A stretch of DNA of 60,263 nt, the filler included. It is 7 parts of 7 records of this genome, joined end to end, with 100 filler letters (N's around TTAATTAATTAA, not from the genome) between each part and the next. Parts side by side here need not be neighbours in the genome. Positions count along the whole stretch, not along the records: positions 54,942 to 60,263 come from SRR31156797_19786; 6 more parts are not named here. One strand, written 5' to 3'. This document shows positions 58,116 through 60,263 of the stretch, one piece after another; the first letter of the stretch is position 1; each line of letters opens with the position of its first letter. Below the pieces are notes generated by a model that searched no databases, was not told where the DNA came from, and saw only the letters and a program-made list of their open reading frames with translations. The position numbers and the translations under genes were made by a program.

Positions 58116-59570
58116 ATGAACTGGAAACGACTCGTGAAGGGTGTTCTGATCACCTCCATCCTATTTCTGCCCCTGGGCTGTTCCACATCCACCGGCAGCG
58201 ACAGCCCTTCCCCGGTTGAGAAGCCTGTGGATAAGACTCCGGAAAAACCAGTAGAGGAGCCTTCCGGAAACGAGAGTGCTGAAAGGCCGGTGGAAAGGCC
58301 TGTGGAAGAGCCCGTTGAAAAAACTGTGGCCCAGTCTCTGGAGAGCCTGAGTTCCTATCAGGACGGAGCCGAAGCCCTGGCCGTACTGGAAAATGCCGAT
58401 GCCCTCAGCTTTGAGGAGAGGATCCTGAAATCTGCTCTGCTTATGTCAGAGGGGCGTTACGATGATGCCCGGGAGGAGCTGGACGCTCTGAACGCCGAGA
58501 AGCCGGGGCACGCGGATGTTCAATACAACTATGCCCTTCTTGAGGATTCAGTCGGAGACACTCCCGCCAGAGACAAGGCGATAGAGGCGGCACTGAAAAG
58601 CGATTCCCGTCACGAGGGGGCCCTCCTTCTCAAGGGAACGGCCGCTTTGAAGGCGAAGCGGTATAAGGATGCGGATAAGAGCTTTCGCAGGATCCTGGAA
58701 TCCGATCCTGAGAATTTCTTAGCCCTTTCCGGCTCGGCCACGGCCCAGATGAACCAGGATGAGCTTGAAACGGCGATCAAACTGCTGGACAGGGCCATCG
58801 CCCTGGAGCCGGAGTACGCTTATCTGTACGTCGACAGGGCCCGGGCCTGGAGAGGCCTGAAGAACTACGGCAACGCCGAGGACGATTACGGACGGGCCAT
58901 GGCGCTGGAGCCCGACGTGGAATGGCACTATCTGGACAGAGCCAGGATCCGCATCCAGTACTTCTACAACCTGGAAGGGGCCATGGAGGACCTGGACAGG
59001 CTGGAGCAGATCAACGGGGATAATTTCTTCGCCAATATCTACAAAGCGGGTATCCTGGATGAATGGAACCGCTTCGATGAGGCCGAGAGCTACTACGAAA
59101 AAGTCATCGCCGCCAGACCGAACTACGGTTTCGCACACGAACCCCTGGCCAAATACGCCTACATAAAGGGGGAGTACGGCAAGGCGAAGGACCATTTCCT
59201 GAAGGCCTATGAGTTTGAGAGCCGCGAGGTCCTCTACGCCCTGGCCGCGGCCCTCTGTATGGAGAGATCCGGCGATAGCCGCGCGGCCAAGTCTTTCCTG
59301 AAGGAGATGACCCCCCGGGTGGAACGGAACACCCTGCAGTATGAGATGTTCCGCTACTACCTCAATCCGGGTTCCAACTTCTTCATCACCGACAAGATCC
59401 GCAAGGAGAAGGATGAGGATCTCAAGTCCCGGATGTACTTCTATCTGGGGGCACGCGACGATCTGAACGGCATGAGAAACAGTGCCCTGGCCAGCTATGA
59501 GCAGGTAAACGATAAGACCGACTTCTTTGAGTCCGATCTGGCCGTCTGGGAACTGACAAGAGAGGAATAG
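58116..59570 (+). CDS. TPR-repeat lipoprotein
   Basis: Lipobox LPLGC, PVE(K/E/R) repeat linker, multiple TPR units. Confidence 0.88.
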   Translation: MNWKRLVKGVLITSILFLPLGCSTSTGSDSPSPVEKPVDKTPEKPVEEPSGNESAERPVERPVEEPVEKTVAQSLESLSSYQDGAEALAVLENADALSFEERILKSALLMSEGRYDDAREELDALNAEKPGHADVQYNYALLEDSVGDTPARDKAIEAALKSDSRHEGALLLKGTAALKAKRYKDADKSFRRILESDPENFLALSGSATAQMNQDELETAIKLLDRAIALEPEYAYLYVDRARAWRGLKNYGNAEDDYGRAMALEPDVEWHYLDRARIRIQYFYNLEGAMEDLDRLEQINGDNFFANIYKAGILDEWNRFDEAESYYEKVIAARPNYGFAHEPLAKYAYIKGEYGKAKDHFLKAYEFESREVLYALAAALCMERSGDSRAAKSFLKEMTPRVERNTLQYEMFRYYLNPGSNFFITDKIRKEKDEDLKSRMYFYLGARDDLNGMRNSALASYEQVNDKTDFFESDLAVWELTREE

Positions 59571-59571
59571 T

Positions 59572-60263
59572 ATGAGTAATGAAATAAAGGTCTCCCATGA
59601 GGGGGATACGGTCTGCCGGATTCAGGCCGGCGAAAGGGAGATCATCCTACTGGGTACGGCCCATGTCTCCCAGGAGAGTGTGGACCAGGTCTGCCAGTCC
59701 ATCCGCGAGGAGCTGCCCGACCGCATCTGCGTTGAGATCGACGCCGGTCGCTATCAGTCCCTTTCCAAGGATGAGAAGTGGCAGCAGATGGATCTGACCC
59801 GGGTTTTCCGTGAGAAGAAGGGTTTCCTCCTTCTGGCCAACCTCGTTCTGACCTCCTTTCAGAGGAAGGTGGGAAACAATACGGGAATCAAGCCGGGAGA
59901 GGATATGAAGCAGGCTGTTGAGGTTGCCCATGAGATGTCCATTCCCTACTCCTTCAGCGACAGGCCCGTGCAGATGACCCTGCAGAGGGCCTGGGCCAAG
60001 AGCGGATTCTGGAACAAGATGAAGCTGCTGGCCTCGCTGGTCAGTTCCGTGTTCACCACGGAAAAGGTGGACGCCCAGGAGGTGGAGTCCCTGAAAAAGA
60101 AGGGCGCCCTCGAGGATATGATGCAGGAGCTTTCCGATTATCTGCCTTCGGTCAAGGAGGTCCTGATCGATGAGAGGGACCAGTATCTGGCAACCAACAT
60201 CTACCAGGCGCCCGGAAAGAAGATCATCGCCGTCGTCGGCGCCGGTCATATGAACGGAATCAT
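59572..60263 (+). CDS. TraB/PrgY/GumN family protein, 3' truncated (missing from the ORF track)
   Basis: Translation gives LLGTAHVS, CVEIDAGR, KPGEDM, DRPVQMTLQRAW, LIDERD, VVGAGH. Confidence 0.92.
   Translation, partial: MSNEIKVSHEGDTVCRIQAGEREIILLGTAHVSQESVDQVCQSIREELPDRICVEIDAGRYQSLSKDEKWQQMDLTRVFREKKGFLLLANLVLTSFQRKVGNNTGIKPGEDMKQAVEVAHEMSIPYSFSDRPVQMTLQRAWAKSGFWNKMKLLASLVSSVFTTEKVDAQEVESLKKKGALEDMMQELSDYLPSVKEVLIDERDQYLATNIYQAPGKKIIAVVGAGHMNGI

Noticed and set aside
59572-60263. TraB as a conjugation gene
   Set aside because: It is the TraB/PrgY/GumN metalloprotein family; no T4SS genes are nearby.

Overview
The window is not one locus. It is seven unrelated contigs joined by 100-nt N-linkers carrying TTAATTAATTAA, so gene context is valid only within a segment. 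All taxonomic labels are inferred from gene content and composition. (1) 1-5832, Methanosarcinaceae-like archaeon: RPA plus its partner, flavodoxin, histone, RFC small subunit. (2) 5933-15078, Bacteroidota: T9SS cargo proteins, hutI, an H-NOX/hybrid kinase/PAS module, tmRNA. (3) 15179-22830, AT-rich diderm bacterium: pabBC, serA-like gene, chlorophyllase-like lipoprotein, Moco/Tuco RNA motif, pruA, TSP3-repeat lipoprotein. (4) 22931-31665, alphaproteobacterium: ECF anti-sigma cluster, flgD/E/N/K/L, a HEPN-like orphan. (5) 31766-45944, Desulfobacterota-like: FmdE plus TonB receptor, EF-G2, xerC-hslVU-argB. (6) 46045-54841, very AT-rich anaerobe: glsA, three tandem diguanylate cyclases, cobalamin riboswitch, cbiA-C-D. 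(7) 54942-60263, spirochaete: nnr, TPR lipoprotein, TraB family. Best candidates for new biology: (a) a barrel-less piece of the T9SS translocon SprA repackaged as a secreted T9SS cargo; (b) a Moco/Tuco-type riboswitch gating an 18-aa leader ORF that abuts pruA, which is not a molybdo-enzyme; (c) flagellar hook proteins almost purged of Lys/Arg; (d) a plant-type chlorophyllase lipoprotein; (e) a HEPN-motif orphan next to an IS1182-like end. No CRISPR array, rRNA or tRNA was seen. Family calls come from recognised motifs, not database searches.
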